Shown here: positions 42,021 to 55,567 of the stretch, one piece after another | How the letters are laid out: the number at the start of each line of letters is the position of its first letter | Numbering within the stretch: position 1 is the first letter of the stretch | Source of the DNA: Mayamaea pseudoterrestris | Taxonomy: Eukaryota | DNA: 64,000 nt | Direction: 5' to 3' | NCBI GenBank assembly: GCA_027923505.1 | Contig: BROI01000032.1 | Span: forward strand, 124,001 to 188,000 | Made by a program: the position numbers and the translations under genes | Notes under the pieces: model-generated | Seen by the model: the letters and a program-made list of their open reading frames with translations, nothing else | What the model was told of the DNA's origin: nothing | Databases searched by the model: none

Positions 42021-45000
42021 ATGACTGTACCTACGCACAATAGCAGCAGAAGCAATTCACTAGTCGAACGATGTGACAGTGAAACACGGGGCCGTCACTT
42101 GAGAGCCATCAAACGCATTGACCGAGGCCGCCTCCTCTGGTGCGAGCGACCCTTGCTGTGCCTGCAGAGTCGAGACAATTTACGCCACGCCTTTGTCTGC
42201 TCGTACTGTCATGCCTTTATGGGTGGACCTAATGTCGCAATGAGTAAGAGATTTGCTGACGTAAAAGCTGAAACGAATACTGCTGTGACGGATGATGCAA
42301 ATGGAAATGACAATCATCAATACGATGCGGACTCTTCTCGATCATTTCACTACATTCCTTGTCGACACAAGTGCGGACATTACTACTGTTCCGATGATTG
42401 CGAAGAGAAGGCTTGGATGTTGCATCATTTCGTCTTTTGCACGGGGCGGTTTGACACGCTGGAGCATCCAATTGTTGTGTTCAAGCAGTGGGCCGTTGCA
42501 AGCAACGAAATTCTCTTGTTGGCAGCCGAATGGTGGGTTGCCCAGCATGTGACAAGCATGGCTGCTGCGGCTGCTGCATCCGGCGAAGAGTCGTACTACG
42601 GTGTCGATGGAGCTGGTGCGGACGATGCCAACAGCGACGAGAATTCTCCTTGGCGACGAAGACCAACCGACTACAGTGACTTCTCAATGGTGCCATGGTG
42701 GGATGTAGAGACTGCGCCGCTTCGAGCGCAGCCAGGAGGCTTTATCGAAGCAGCAGCCTTGGAGACGACACTGCGAGAGCTTTGTGAGACTGCTGCGAAA
42801 CTTTTGAATGAGGTTTTTGACGCATACAATCGTGACAACCAAAGTCAAAAGGATGCATTTCAATGTGTCATCCCTCCCATTTCGGCCTTGGACATTGCCA
42901 AGCGAGTTGGTTCCTTCTCGCAGAACGCCATGGGAATTAGGCAGAGGCATCCATTGTGTCGGGACGTGTTTGAGCGAAGTTTCAGGGAGCAGTGGCATGA
43001 CGAGATTGTGGCGGCGCTGGCGGAAGCTGACTTTATCGGGGATGGCAGTGGTGAGAATGGATGTTGCAATGATGATGACGAGACTGAAGAAAAGGACAAA
43101 GCAAGCGGCAATTCACGCGATGAGGCGGAAACAATGAACGACGGGATCTTACCATCAGCGAAGTCGAATGACGCCAGCCACATTGCACCGGACGAATGGG
43201 ATTACTCGGTCGATGAGATTGCAGCCTTCCTGTCGCGTCTCTTTGTCGATGAGGACGGAACTGTCCGCGACGTTGATCAGCAAAGTAATGATGAAGAAGA
43301 CGGGCAAGAGCGAGATGCGACTGGTGACGATCTAGATTATATCTTTTCTCCTTTGGATGGAACGGCCATGTATTCACTCATTTGCAAAATGAACCATTCT
43401 TGCGATCCAAACGTCATTGTCTTGTACAAGCGTACGGCGTACGGTTCCAGTCATCCGCTGACGGCGTTCGCCGTAGCGTTAAAGCCCATCGAAGCAAATG
43501 AAGAGCTGACTATATCGTACATTGACAAAAGTGAACCACTCGCTACACGTCAAGAGTCTTTAGCCAATTACGGCTTTAGTTGTCGTTGCACAAAATGCGA
43601 AGCTGAGACACTTGGAGAGATGCTTGACAAGGAGCAGGTTGCTGATCCCACTGATGATTTGTTCGGTGAACGAGATAGTGACGAGGATAATTCAGATTAT
43701 GATAAAGTTGGTGACGACGTTGATGATACGACATCAGAGGCCAAACTTGAACAAATTGCTGCACAACTCGACACCCGAGCTAACCACTGCAAACTGGGAT
43801 CAATGCCTCTGCATAAGTTTGCACGGGCGTTTTCGTATGCGATCTCATGCGCTAGAAAACTTTCAAAGTCTGTCGATGATGCAACAATCTGCCATCTTTT
43901 GGATAGTCTTGTCATGGGGCTCGAAATGAAGGACTTTTGCCTATGTGAAATTGTCGGCAATGACTTAGAGCAGCAATTGTACGCAACGTTGCGAAGAAAT
44001 AAGTCATGGCCTAGCTCAATGCACAGAGAAGCATATTGGTGTGCCGTACTTGGGAGTGCGATTGGATCTGCGCATAATTGCCAATTCCTAGAAGCTTTGT
44101 CCTTTCTCGACAAAGGCATCATTCTCGGGCTACCATGCGACAGCACCCAGCTACGTGAGCTTTATCGCTACGTTGAGTTGCATGCATGTCAAATGGCTCA
44201 AGGCCCTTGCCTCCTGTTTCGCAACAATATCGTAAGCAACTTTAGCATGCCGCTACACAAGGAGCTTTTGCTGGAGAAGGGGCTGTCAAAGCCGCTACAT
44301 AATCCGATAGCGGAGCGAAATGAAAGCATGTCTTTTGAAGCTTTTCATAATGAATTTGCAATGAATCAAAAAGCTGTGGTCATGCGAGACTTTGCCGGCA
44401 GCTGGAGGGCCACAGAGAAATGGCGCAACCTGGGATGGTTGGCTCACGTTCATGGTGGACGACTCGTCCCAGTGGAGCTCGGGTCGATGCTCGCCGGGAC
44501 CATGAAGGAAGAAATGCTTACCTTTCGACAATTCATTAAGAAATATATGATCGACGAAAAATCGAAGAGAATCTGGAGCTTGGATGATGCAGTGGACCCG
44601 TTGTCCCACGTTGCTTACGTTGCTCAGCATCCGCTTCTGAACCAGATTACGTCGCTCAAAGATGACTTGGATATGTCTCCGAGTATTATCGGTCCTTCCG
44701 GACCGACGCATGTGTATTTATGGATTGGAACTGGTGGAACTCGAACTCCTCTGCATTTCGACAGCTACGACAACCTGTTCGTCCAGTTAGTGGGCGCCAA
44801 GTACGTTCGCCTGTATAGTGCGAACGAGACGTCAAAACTCTACGTGAACAAACAATGTGCATATGGATTACAGGGCAACATGAGCGACGTTGACTGTGAA
44901 CGTGAAGATTTTGACAAGCATCCTTTGGCAAGAGAGGCAGCGTTCGAGGAAGTGTTGCTTCTCCCTGGTGACGCCTTGTTCATCCCAGCTCGGACTTGGC

Positions 45001-45050
45001 ACTACGTGCGGTCGTTGACCACATCCATCAGCGTAAATTACTGGTTCTAA
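42021..45050 (+). CDS. SMYD-type SET (MYND-like zinc finger insert) + JMJD5/KDM8-type JmjC fusion protein
   Basis: SET motifs GRHLRA...G..L..ERP, NHSCDPN, ELTISYI and post-SET YGFSCRCTKC. JmjC motifs VPVELG, YVAQH.L..QI, TPLHFD, KYVRLY, PGDALFIP..WHYV and SISVNYWF. Single uninterrupted ORF. Confidence 0.9.
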   Translation: MTVPTHNSSRSNSLVERCDSETRGRHLRAIKRIDRGRLLWCERPLLCLQSRDNLRHAFVCSYCHAFMGGPNVAMSKRFADVKAETNTAVTDDANGNDNHQYDADSSRSFHYIPCRHKCGHYYCSDDCEEKAWMLHHFVFCTGRFDTLEHPIVVFKQWAVASNEILLLAAEWWVAQHVTSMAAAAAASGEESYYGVDGAGADDANSDENSPWRRRPTDYSDFSMVPWWDVETAPLRAQPGGFIEAAALETTLRELCETAAKLLNEVFDAYNRDNQSQKDAFQCVIPPISALDIAKRVGSFSQNAMGIRQRHPLCRDVFERSFREQWHDEIVAALAEADFIGDGSGENGCCNDDDETEEKDKASGNSRDEAETMNDGILPSAKSNDASHIAPDEWDYSVDEIAAFLSRLFVDEDGTVRDVDQQSNDEEDGQERDATGDDLDYIFSPLDGTAMYSLICKMNHSCDPNVIVLYKRTAYGSSHPLTAFAVALKPIEANEELTISYIDKSEPLATRQESLANYGFSCRCTKCEAETLGEMLDKEQVADPTDDLFGERDSDEDNSDYDKVGDDVDDTTSEAKLEQIAAQLDTRANHCKLGSMPLHKFARAFSYAISCARKLSKSVDDATICHLLDSLVMGLEMKDFCLCEIVGNDLEQQLYATLRRNKSWPSSMHREAYWCAVLGSAIGSAHNCQFLEALSFLDKGIILGLPCDSTQLRELYRYVELHACQMAQGPCLLFRNNIVSNFSMPLHKELLLEKGLSKPLHNPIAERNESMSFEAFHNEFAMNQKAVVMRDFAGSWRATEKWRNLGWLAHVHGGRLVPVELGSMLAGTMKEEMLTFRQFIKKYMIDEKSKRIWSLDDAVDPLSHVAYVAQHPLLNQITSLKDDLDMSPSIIGPSGPTHVYLWIGTGGTRTPLHFDSYDNLFVQLVGAKYVRLYSANETSKLYVNKQCAYGLQGNMSDVDCEREDFDKHPLAREAAFEEVLLLPGDALFIPARTWHYVRSLTTSISVNYWF

Positions 45051-45147
45051 TCGCATATAAAAATAATTTGGTCAACAATAGTTGCTATTGTTATTGCTTA
45101 TGCTTCAATAGCCAAACCGTAGACACATGATAAGTTTTCAAAGGCTT

Positions 45148-46233
45148 TTAGCCAACCACACGAGGCACAATAAGTGTTTGATGCTCGGTCAAAAAGTCAC
45201 ACCACTCTTGATACGCCTCCTTGGGAATGTAGTCGAGCGGCGTAAAGTTGCGATTGTCGGAAATGAGCAAAAAGTCGGGGCAAGCTTCCAAAATCATGGT
45301 AACGACATCGAAATTGGGTCGTCCCGTCCAGCACGAATCATGGAGTGGGGTTCGACCACTGTCACAAACCACCTTCAAGTCGAGTTTGGCCGTATGCAGC
45401 AAGAAGGACATGATATCCGTGCATCCTCTGCGAGCCGCCGTGTGGAGAATGCTTTCATGGAAGCGGTTGCAGCACTGCAAGTTACGTCCTTCATCATGGA
45501 ACCGTTGCATGGTGGCGAGATCGTTGGTGCGCACCGCCGTCATCAACGCCACGTCGTAGCTGGAAATCATCTCTGGAGTTACCTTTAGAAAGTAGGACTC
45601 CAAAAGCGTCTTGTACGAGCGTGGCTCAACCTTGTTTATTCCGTTGGCAGCAAGCAGCTCCTGCAGCAAGTCCTTGGGGCGCTGGGTGTTGGTCACACTT
45701 GCAGCCTTTGGCTTGTCTTGATGCACAATCACCATGCGAGAGTGATTCTTTGGGCCAAGCTTTTCTGCACTTTCACTCTTGTAGATCAAGTTTTGAATGG
45801 CTTCATTTCGGCCGTGCTGCGCAAGGTCGCCGTCGGAATGATTCCTGGAAAGAAATTGACGCATCGCATCCGAAATAAAAATGCCGCCTCCAACCTTCTT
45901 GGTCGCCACTGGAACATGCAGAGTCGTATGCACGGACCTCGGTGTTGGCTGATGATTCATGGCAGTTGCTGCGCTTGGTTTAGCGGCAACGAATGATGCA
46001 TCGCCCTGCTTGTTGGTGGATTCTTTCACGACATGATTCATCTCGGACATGGAAAAGTCGCAATCTGTTTCACTCTCATCTGCAATGCTTGACCCATCAT
46101 CAGACTCATCATCGCTGTCTTCATCGTTGCCTTCAAAGTCGGTGGAAGGTTGACTTGTCAAGAGCTCATCGACGTGTGCCATCCAATTTGGCGATGGCTT
46201 GTCGGTGGAGGTAGGCTGCTGATTCATCGTCAT
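45148..46233 (-). CDS. Ankyrin repeat protein
   Basis: Motifs ESILHTAARRG, GRTPLHDSC and NFTPLDY. Confidence 0.85.
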   Translation of the reverse strand: MTMNQQPTSTDKPSPNWMAHVDELLTSQPSTDFEGNDEDSDDESDDGSSIADESETDCDFSMSEMNHVVKESTNKQGDASFVAAKPSAATAMNHQPTPRSVHTTLHVPVATKKVGGGIFISDAMRQFLSRNHSDGDLAQHGRNEAIQNLIYKSESAEKLGPKNHSRMVIVHQDKPKAASVTNTQRPKDLLQELLAANGINKVEPRSYKTLLESYFLKVTPEMISSYDVALMTAVRTNDLATMQRFHDEGRNLQCCNRFHESILHTAARRGCTDIMSFLLHTAKLDLKVVCDSGRTPLHDSCWTGRPNFDVVTMILEACPDFLLISDNRNFTPLDYIPKEAYQEWCDFLTEHQTLIVPRVVG

Positions 46234-46693
46234 GTAGTCGTCTATCGGTAGCTGCAGCTTAATGCTCCAATTCTAAAATTATGAATGCATGTCTTTTGTT
46301 TCCCATCATGCTGCTGCTGCTGCTTCAGAAACATGATGTGGTTTTCCGAATTAGTCAACGCCAAGTTGCTGTTGGTCGTCGCCGTGTTCGATGAAACTGT
46401 GACTGACCGTGACAAAAATGATGTCACTGCGTGACCACGCGCGTCGCTGTGCCGTGGCACTCGTGTTGACGAGTCAAGGTTGGTCTTGCATCAAGTACGC
46501 ATGTAATACTAGCATATACTATCCGTAATGTGGTTTTGATAGCTAGCTTAATTATTATCAAACTGCTATGCAAAAATGTAGTCTGAACTGAGCATATGCT
46601 CTAACACTATGCAGCATGCGCGATTCGCCGCATCCTCGACTCATGGTACACTCTTATTTCAAACTCAAACGTGCAATTAAATGCAACCTACTT

Positions 46694-49600
46694 CTACGCC
46701 TCCTTTGCCTTTGCAGCAAGTCGGCTGCTGCGACGAGTTGCGCTTGACTCCGACATGCGACTGGTGCGAGAGCTTTTGGAGTGTGCGTCACTCGCTTCCG
46801 ACGCGTTGGATCCACGACGAACGCTGCGAGAGCCAGCGTCGCTTGCATCTGCTGCCGATGCATTTGATCCACGGCGGCCGCTTCGACGCGGACCCAACGT
46901 CTCAACGACTGAAGGTTCCGCATTGCTGGCGTTGCGGCGTGCAGCACTGCGCGGGGCGCCTGAACGAGGCAATGGTGGCCGTCCGCTCGCGTCCTCGCTC
47001 AGGTCCTCCCCTTGATCACTTTGCCCCGTTTCCGTGGTTCTTCGACGAGTCGTTGACGACCCCTTGGGTTTTGGTGTAAGCCTCTTTCGCTTTTTACGCT
47101 TGCCCGTATGAGGAGCCGACTTCGCCGGAGACTCTTCGGTGGCAGCAATAATGTCGTTTTTCGATTCTGCATCTTCTTGTTCCACCGCCCCATCTGATTC
47201 TTCTGTTTCGTAAAAGCCTTGTTTAGTCATCTCCTTGTCAATGTTCAATGGGCGATTTACTTTTCGCTTCCGCGCACTCCGACGAACACTAGATTGAGGC
47301 GATTGAGCTGCCTGGTCTCCAGTACTGGACTCATCATCGGCTGACTGCTCTCCAACAGAGCTTCTCGGTTGCAAAAAGGCTTCTCGGGCCATCGTCTCTC
47401 CAAAATTTTCGACAGGTGTATCCTCGTAGATAGGCGGTAGAATCGCAACGCCTGGTTCATACTCGTCGGCTGCGCGAATCGATAAGCTCGGGGTGTCGCC
47501 TTGAATAGTACTCGGCGTTGCACTCAAGGATGAAGGTGCAAAAGGACTAGACATGTCAATATTGCGACCAGTCTGCGATGATCGAGGTGAAGAATATGGA
47601 CTTGGCTGGTCATCTCCAACCGCAAAGGCATTCTCAACGGGTTGTTGGACGGCAACTTCAGCGCTAAAGTGCACTACAGGAGCAGCGTCTCGTGTGACTC
47701 GCGACGTCGCGTCACTGCTGCTTTCCCGAGATTCTCCCGAACCTTCGATGATCTCCTCTTGAAGACAAGGAGCTCCGGCTATTTCGTCGTGTTCAACAAC
47801 ATCATGATCGCGCGGTGCAGTCGAGCCGTGAGCACCATGAGCATGTTGTGGATTTTCCAGATCTTGCCCCGAAGGGTGTTCATCTGGACCTTCGTCATCC
47901 AACTGGAGGTGAGGAGCAGATTCAACAGAGTTAAAATGATCTTGCGCAGCAACAGCATGCTCATGCAGAGAAGTAGAGCCATGTGAAGCTAAGGAAGCAT
48001 CTTGTACGGACGATTCATGGCGTACTACTCTGTCGTCCAACTCCGAATCTTCCCCTTCCGACGTTGCCTCGTCCGCAGCACTCATGGCATCCGAAAGTTG
48101 ATACTGTTCACGCACGTGGTCGTGAGGCTGCTCTCCACTAGGTTCAGCTGGTTGTTCTCGTTGTACAAGGTCGTCATCCTCCTCGGTGTGTTCCCCTTGA
48201 GATGCACCGCCATCATACCCATCAGGTTCCGCGGAAGAGGCATCACTTCTACCAGAACGATGACGTCGAGTTCTCCACTCATTAATGCGACGACGTTCTT
48301 CATTATCCGTGGCATCCGCATCATATCCAGCCATGGTAGCTTCAACTGCTGACTGCTGCCTTACTTCTTTCCGCGGGAGCTCGTCTTCGCCCTCGGAAAT
48401 TTGTGACTCCTCCGCAAAATAGGCCTCGTCACCCGCGACAGCCTCAACTTGAGGAACGTAAGCTTGAACCTGAGCCTGTAAGTGAATTCCCTCACTCCTT
48501 TCAAGCCTGTTGACCTCGTCATCTGCGCTCTGATCGCCAGCCTGCTCATTGCCCCGAGTGCTTTGCTCGTCGATGTTTACTGCGTCGACATCGACGTCAC
48601 CAATCCTTTGATCGCCCTCCTGCCTTAAACCATGCGTGTTTTGCTCGTCAAGGCTCACTGCGTCGACAACGTCATCGTCGTCGTCGTCCAAGCTCTGTTC
48701 ACTTGACTGATTACTGTCCTGCGTGCTTTGCTCATCAAGCTTCACTTCGACAACATCATTGTCTGTGCTCAGTTCGTCAGCCTGCGTTCTGGCATGCGTG
48801 TGTCGTTCGTCAAGGTCAACTGCTTCGACAAATGAAATCTGCCCATCGGCCACTTCTTCATCTGTGCTTTCTTCGCTAGAAGTTTCTTCATCGTATCCCA
48901 CGCCGGCGGATGAATCAGATTTTCCGCGCCTGTCGGGTGCAGCTTCTGCATCAAAAAATTCTTCGTCCTGGTCTGCTTCTTCGCCATCGGTGGTCGACGA
49001 GTCGTGGTCACCAAAATCATAATAATCATGAACTGCTTCCGCGTCGTAGAAGTGGTCTTTTTCTTCGACAGTGTCATTAGCACTGGGCTCGAGCTCGTCC
49101 GCAATTTCGGCAACAGCTTCCTCGCCATCGGAGCTCGTTTCTTCCTGCTCGTCACTCGTGCCATCGCTCAGTTCAACGACGCGTTGCGAGTCAGGCGAGG
49201 CAACGTCCTGTTCGCTTGAATTTTCATGCTCAAATGGCTCCTCACTTTCGGTACCCGTTTCACTATCCATCGCATCGTCCGTTTCATCGTGATCAGCCAT
49301 CGCCGCGCCCGCACCGTCATCCATTGTTTCAGGCATCTTATCCATCACCAAGCCATCCGTCGCAAACTCTAGCTGCACGACGTCCGGTGCATCTGGTTCC
49401 AAGGACAAACTCTCAGACAATGGAAGCGCTTCCTTGTCAATTGCCGCCTCATCATCTCCCAACAACATCGAAAACAGACGTTTGTAGTCCAACATGTTGC
49501 TATTCTCTGCCAACGTACGAGTAGGAACAGGAGGCGGTTCAATTGCCAGAAGGTTGCGCATCCATGCCAATTGCTGCTCCGGCGACTCCAAAAGTAAATT

Positions 49601-51074
49601 AGCCGGCACAGGCATGAAACGCGAGTAAGTCATCAAAACAGTTTCTTTCCATGGCCTGGCAGCGATCAAGTGCAAAAGAGCTTGGCGACAATTCAACTGA
49701 ATAAACGGCTTGACATCTGCAAGATCCGCACGTTCGACTATGTCATACAATCCCCTGTACAAACTGGCAAACTCGAGGAAGCCACGATCGCCGGAAAAGA
49801 GATTGAACTTGTAAAACAAAGAGTCGAGAACTGGCATCCCAGCGTTGTAGAAAACTTTTCCATTGTAAACGAGATAATTGAAAAGGCGCTCGAATAAGGA
49901 CTGCACAATGTCATCAGAGACACCTCGTAATTCGCCCACCTGCCGCGACAAGCATACTGCTTGATCAAAACAATCTTGAGTCAAAAGTCGTTTTATTTGT
50001 ATAATCACAGGTTGAAACGGTTGCAAAATGTAATGGGCGTTCTCGGGCAAGTGCGTATGGTGCGTCATCTCGCTAAAGTCGTCAATCGCGGTGGAGTCCG
50101 CCTTGAGTTGGCGCAACACTTGACCAGCACAAGTCGGCGGAACCAGGAGCTGACAAGCTTGCAAGACCTTTTCACGTTCAAGGTCGCAATCATCGCCCAA
50201 AAATTGTTCCGCTAAATAGCTCCGAAAGAGCTTCGGCGAGAGGAAGGAAGTCTTGGCGCAAAGCTCCATAGTGGTGCTGCATACGTCAAAATAGCCATGC
50301 ATGTTAGTATGCAATAGCGCGCAAACTCGACAAATGCAAGTAGGGCAACACTTACTCAAAGTCATAATGTTCAATGGAAGAGATTATTGTCTCCCAAGTA
50401 AGCCATTGCGGCGACTCGTAATGACCGAGAAACAAGTCAATCCAAAAGATTGACAAGATGGGCTCAAAGTTTGCAACCAAAGGCTCAAACGCTCGAAGCA
50501 AGCTTAAAATCGCATTTCTGCATTCGTCATAGGTTTCAAAATACTTGTAAAGCGCTTCAACGACGACGAGTGCCATGTAAACCTTCCACGCAGTCGTCGT
50601 TTCATCCTGCGACGGATATCCAATCAAAATGCGACGCTTCTTGCGAAGGACGGGCGGCTGGCGAGGGCGACGGTCGTAAAACTGAAGAGGCAGCGTCAAG
50701 AACCCAATCAAGGTTTTGAAATCAACTGGGAAATTTTTGAGCTGGTAGCGATCAAAGAGCGGAAGAAAAGCTTTGGAATGCAGCGAGATGCGCTCAAAGG
50801 CAGCGGAAAGCGCTTCTTGAACATCGTCAAGCGAGGTAAATATACCAAGCTGAGATACTCCATGCAGTAACTGAATCATGGAAGCTGCAACTACTTCTTC
50901 CTTTGCAATTTGTAGATGCACTATGCGCTTCTTGGCTTCAAGTTTCACAACTGCATCGTTGAAATCGATCTGATCAATGTTTTCGAGTGGCTCGAGCAAG
51001 CCATCCGTGAGTTTAGCCAGTGCCACTCGGAATTCCGCGACTTGCTCCTCCATGGACTCGATAGGAAGAGCCAT
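46694..51074 (-). CDS. Large nuclear protein with helical N-terminal domain and long acidic/basic disordered tail; possibly an ELYS/HOS1-like nucleoporin, 2 exons
   Basis: ATG at 51074. Intron 50277-50355 (GTAAGT, TACTAAC branch point, GCAG) fuses the two ORFs in frame (HYDFD-TTMEL). NLS-like KRKKRKR. The ELYS assignment is a weak by-eye match. Confidence 0.75.
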
Positions 51075-51342
51075 ACTAAAGTATATTGAAACGCAATGGA
51101 ACCTCAAGCAAAGAATATCCAAGTGTTGCGGCAGCGCCTTCGCATGTGTGTGATCATTGTGGCATCGTGGAGCGCGAATCGATGGTTCCGCTTGGCGCCA
51201 AAAAGTCGTCATTAACGATGCGACGCGATCACGTTTCGGTGAACCGACGGTCTTTCTTCCACTTGACCATGGGCCATTCGTTTTCATGCGCCCATTTTCG
51301 ACACCTTTACGTGAAGATTCTGTAGTTACATATAGTACAAGA

Positions 51343-53339
51343 ATGTCCAGCTCTCACATGCCTCCCTGGGAAAAGCCTGATCCTCCAGTTGTCCTTCACG
51401 ATCCTCAATTGAAGGTGCTTAACTCACTGACCCGCGAGAAAGACCATTTCATTACCATGGACGGAACAAGCCGCGTTACGTGGTACATGTAAGTGCAAAC
51501 GAGCATGTATGGGTCATATATGAAAGCAGCTCAGGCTGACTTTGCCGGATTGTCGCCTATACTTGCAGGTGCGGACCGACCGTGTACGCTCCCAGCCATA
51601 TGGGTCATGCTCGAACCTACCTTTGCATGGACATTCTTCGACGCATATTGCAAGACTACTTTCGCTACGATGTCACGCTCATTATGAATATTACCGACAT
51701 TGACGACAAGATTATCGATCGGTCCGCTGAACAAAAGATTCATCACTTGGAACTCAGCCGGCGGTTTGAGCAAGAGTATCACAAGGACATGCAGGATCTT
51801 GGAGTATTACCGCCAAGTTGCTTGACTCGAGTGACGGAATATATTCCAGAGATTGTTGATTATATTCAGCGAATCGCTGACAAGGGTCTGGCGTATGAAA
51901 GCAATGGGAGTGTTTACTTTCATGTCCATGCCTTTGAGCAGGCGCCTCACATGCACTACTGCAAACTTGCACCGGAACAAATTTTGAACGCGGAACTCCT
52001 AGCCGAAGGTGAAGGGAAGCTAACGCAAGAGTTTGTTAGTGACAAAAAGTCACCGCGAGACTTTGCACTTTGGAAAAAGAGCAAGGAGGGCGAGCCATCA
52101 TGGGAATCGCCATGGGGACCTGGACGACCCGGTTGGCACATTGAGTGCTCTGTCATGGCATCTGATGTACTTGATCGAGTGTTTGGAATCAAACGGATGG
52201 ATATTCACTCGGGAGGCGTCGATTTAAAGTTTCCGCACCATGACAATGAAATGGCGCAGGCCGAAGCCGAATGTGGTGAGACGCAGTGGGTCAACTACTT
52301 TATTCACACGGGCCACTTGCATATCAAGGGATTGAAAATGTCCAAGTCCTTGAAGAACTTTATCACGATCCAACAGGCCCTAGAAATCAATAGCGCGCGC
52401 CAAATTCGAATGCTCTTTCTCTTGCACAAGTACAATACGCAAATGGACTATGGTGACAACACAATGCAACACGCGCTTGAAACGGAGAAACGCTTTGTTG
52501 AATTCTTTCACAATGCCAAGGCTTGTCTCCGCCAACATTGTATGCAAGCGTCGCAGAAATGGGACGCGGAAGCTGTCGCGTTGGAAAAGACACTTCGGGA
52601 ATTAATGACCAAGGTTGACGTTGCAATGCGAGATGATTTTGACACACCAACGGTTCTGTCGATACTGACCGACCTTGTGAAAGCGACCAATGTGTACATG
52701 GAAGGCACTGCTGTCGTTGGATTGGTGGTACGGAACGTGGCGAGCTACATTACAAGGATATTCAAAGTCTTTGGTTTGATTTTGGACGAGTCAATCGGCT
52801 TTGGCTCGGCTGATTGTGGGAACTTAGGCGCCAACCGAGAAGATATCTTGCAACCAGTGTTGGATGCACTCATGGACTTTCGTTCCTCTGTGCGCGATAA
52901 AGCACGACGCAAAGATGTTGGCGCTGTGCTCGACGAATGCGATCGATTTCGAGACAATGTGCTTCCACCGATTGGTATTCGATTAGAGGACAAGGCCGAC
53001 GCATCTGTATGGAAGTTGGCTGATCCAGAAGAGCTTATTCGCGAGATGGAGCAACGGCAAGCCGAAGCCGAACGGAAAGCGGAAGAGAAAGCAAAAAAAG
53101 CCGAGGAAGCTGCAAAGAAGGAAGCGCTGAATCGAATGAGTCCCGAGGACTATATGAAGCAGCTGGCGTTAGACGACGGGACGACATTAATGTATTCAAA
53201 GTTTGACGAAGAGGGTCTTCCGACACACGACGATGCCGGCGAGCCTCTGAATAAGAATCAGTGCAAAAAGGCACAAAAGCTGTTCAAGACACAGCAGGCA
53301 AAGCATGAGAAGTATATAAAGGCGAATGGACACGGATAA
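51343..53339 (+). CDS. CARS1: Cysteinyl-tRNA synthetase, cytosolic, 2 exons
   Basis: Intron 51489-51568 gives WYMCGPTVY. Motifs HMGH, DFALWK, GRPGWHIECS, DLKFPHH and KMSKS. Confidence 0.97.
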
Positions 53340-53444
53340 TCTTGCGATCGAATTAAGTCCATTTTATTAACAGTGAACATATCGAGTGGTTAATTATCAT
53401 ACGTGGCGTCTCGTCGCCTCAATCGCCAATATCTTTTCGCAAAA

Positions 53445-54602
<1,158 letters not shown>

Positions 54603-55105
54603 TTACAACTATTAGGCATATAACAGGCAATGTAAGTCACGACGGATGGATGATGCCGGCAAGCAAAGTCGTCGCGGTGATGGATCGGGTGCGTACTTTT
54701 GAACTTCAACAGCGACATTGAGAGATGTCGCATAAGGACTCGCTAGCTACAGACGAGCGACGTACAATAATATCTTTCAACGGTAAAGCTTTTTTAACTA
54801 TCATTTGCATTAATTCGCTTGTCATACATGTACATTAGTTTGTTTTTGGAGTAGTTGCAGCGTAGTCCCTCCAGGTTGCGAGCTTCATTGTCTTGTCACA
54901 AGTGTCCGAGAATCTGACATGCAAAGGTGACTTTAAAAGCCCCTATAAGGAGCACTATATTACGGCTAGTGAACAAGTAGCATAACAAACGTTGTCATCA
55001 AGATTTAAAATGATAAAGTAAATGTAATTTAACAGGCGATAAGATCCACTCCAGTGCTACCGCCACTTTTTGCCGTGCTCAGGTCCAAACAGTAATAAAA
55101 ACGGA

Positions 55106-55567
55106 TCAATCGTCGTGGTACATGGAGACTCGTCGCTTCGTCGGGCCCGCAGGTGATTCACCATAGTCACAGTGCAGCTCCTCCATTGCGACGAGCAGTT
55201 CGACAGAGGCTTCCACCTCGTCCAGTGTCTCGGAGTCTGCGCGGGGATAACTGACCCGCCGGCATCGTTTCAGTGCTTGGTTAGAGTTGGGAGAGGAGGA
55301 GGCTGATGGCGGGCAGGAACTTGTCATTTCGCCTCCATCAGTCACTGACGTCAAGGTGTATGTAGTAGACGGGTAAGAAGTACCATTGTCGTCCGAGATA
55401 TCGTCGGCGCTGGAGGCAATCGCAGCCAGGACAGCCGGCCGGAGTAACTGAAAGTGAGTTTCCCCGCACCGACGCTGGTATCGACGACTCTTTGGCTGTG
55501 ACGACGTTGAATCATCCGGAGCATCTTCCATTAATCGATCATTTGTTGGAGTATGACAAGTCTTCAT
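55106..55567 (-). CDS. Hypothetical low-complexity protein
   Basis: ORF from the ATG at 55567 with an RRYQRR motif; no recognisable domain. Confidence 0.45.
   Translation of the reverse strand: MKTCHTPTNDRLMEDAPDDSTSSQPKSRRYQRRCGETHFQLLRPAVLAAIASSADDISDDNGTSYPSTTYTLTSVTDGGEMTSSCPPSASSSPNSNQALKRCRRVSYPRADSETLDEVEASVELLVAMEELHCDYGESPAGPTKRRVSMYHDD

Noticed and set aside
28715..51074. Chromatin-gene cluster (LSD1-like, TAF1B-like, SET-JmjC, ELYS-like) functionally tied to the satellite
   Set aside because: These genes are interspersed with unrelated metabolic genes, and proximity alone is not evidence.
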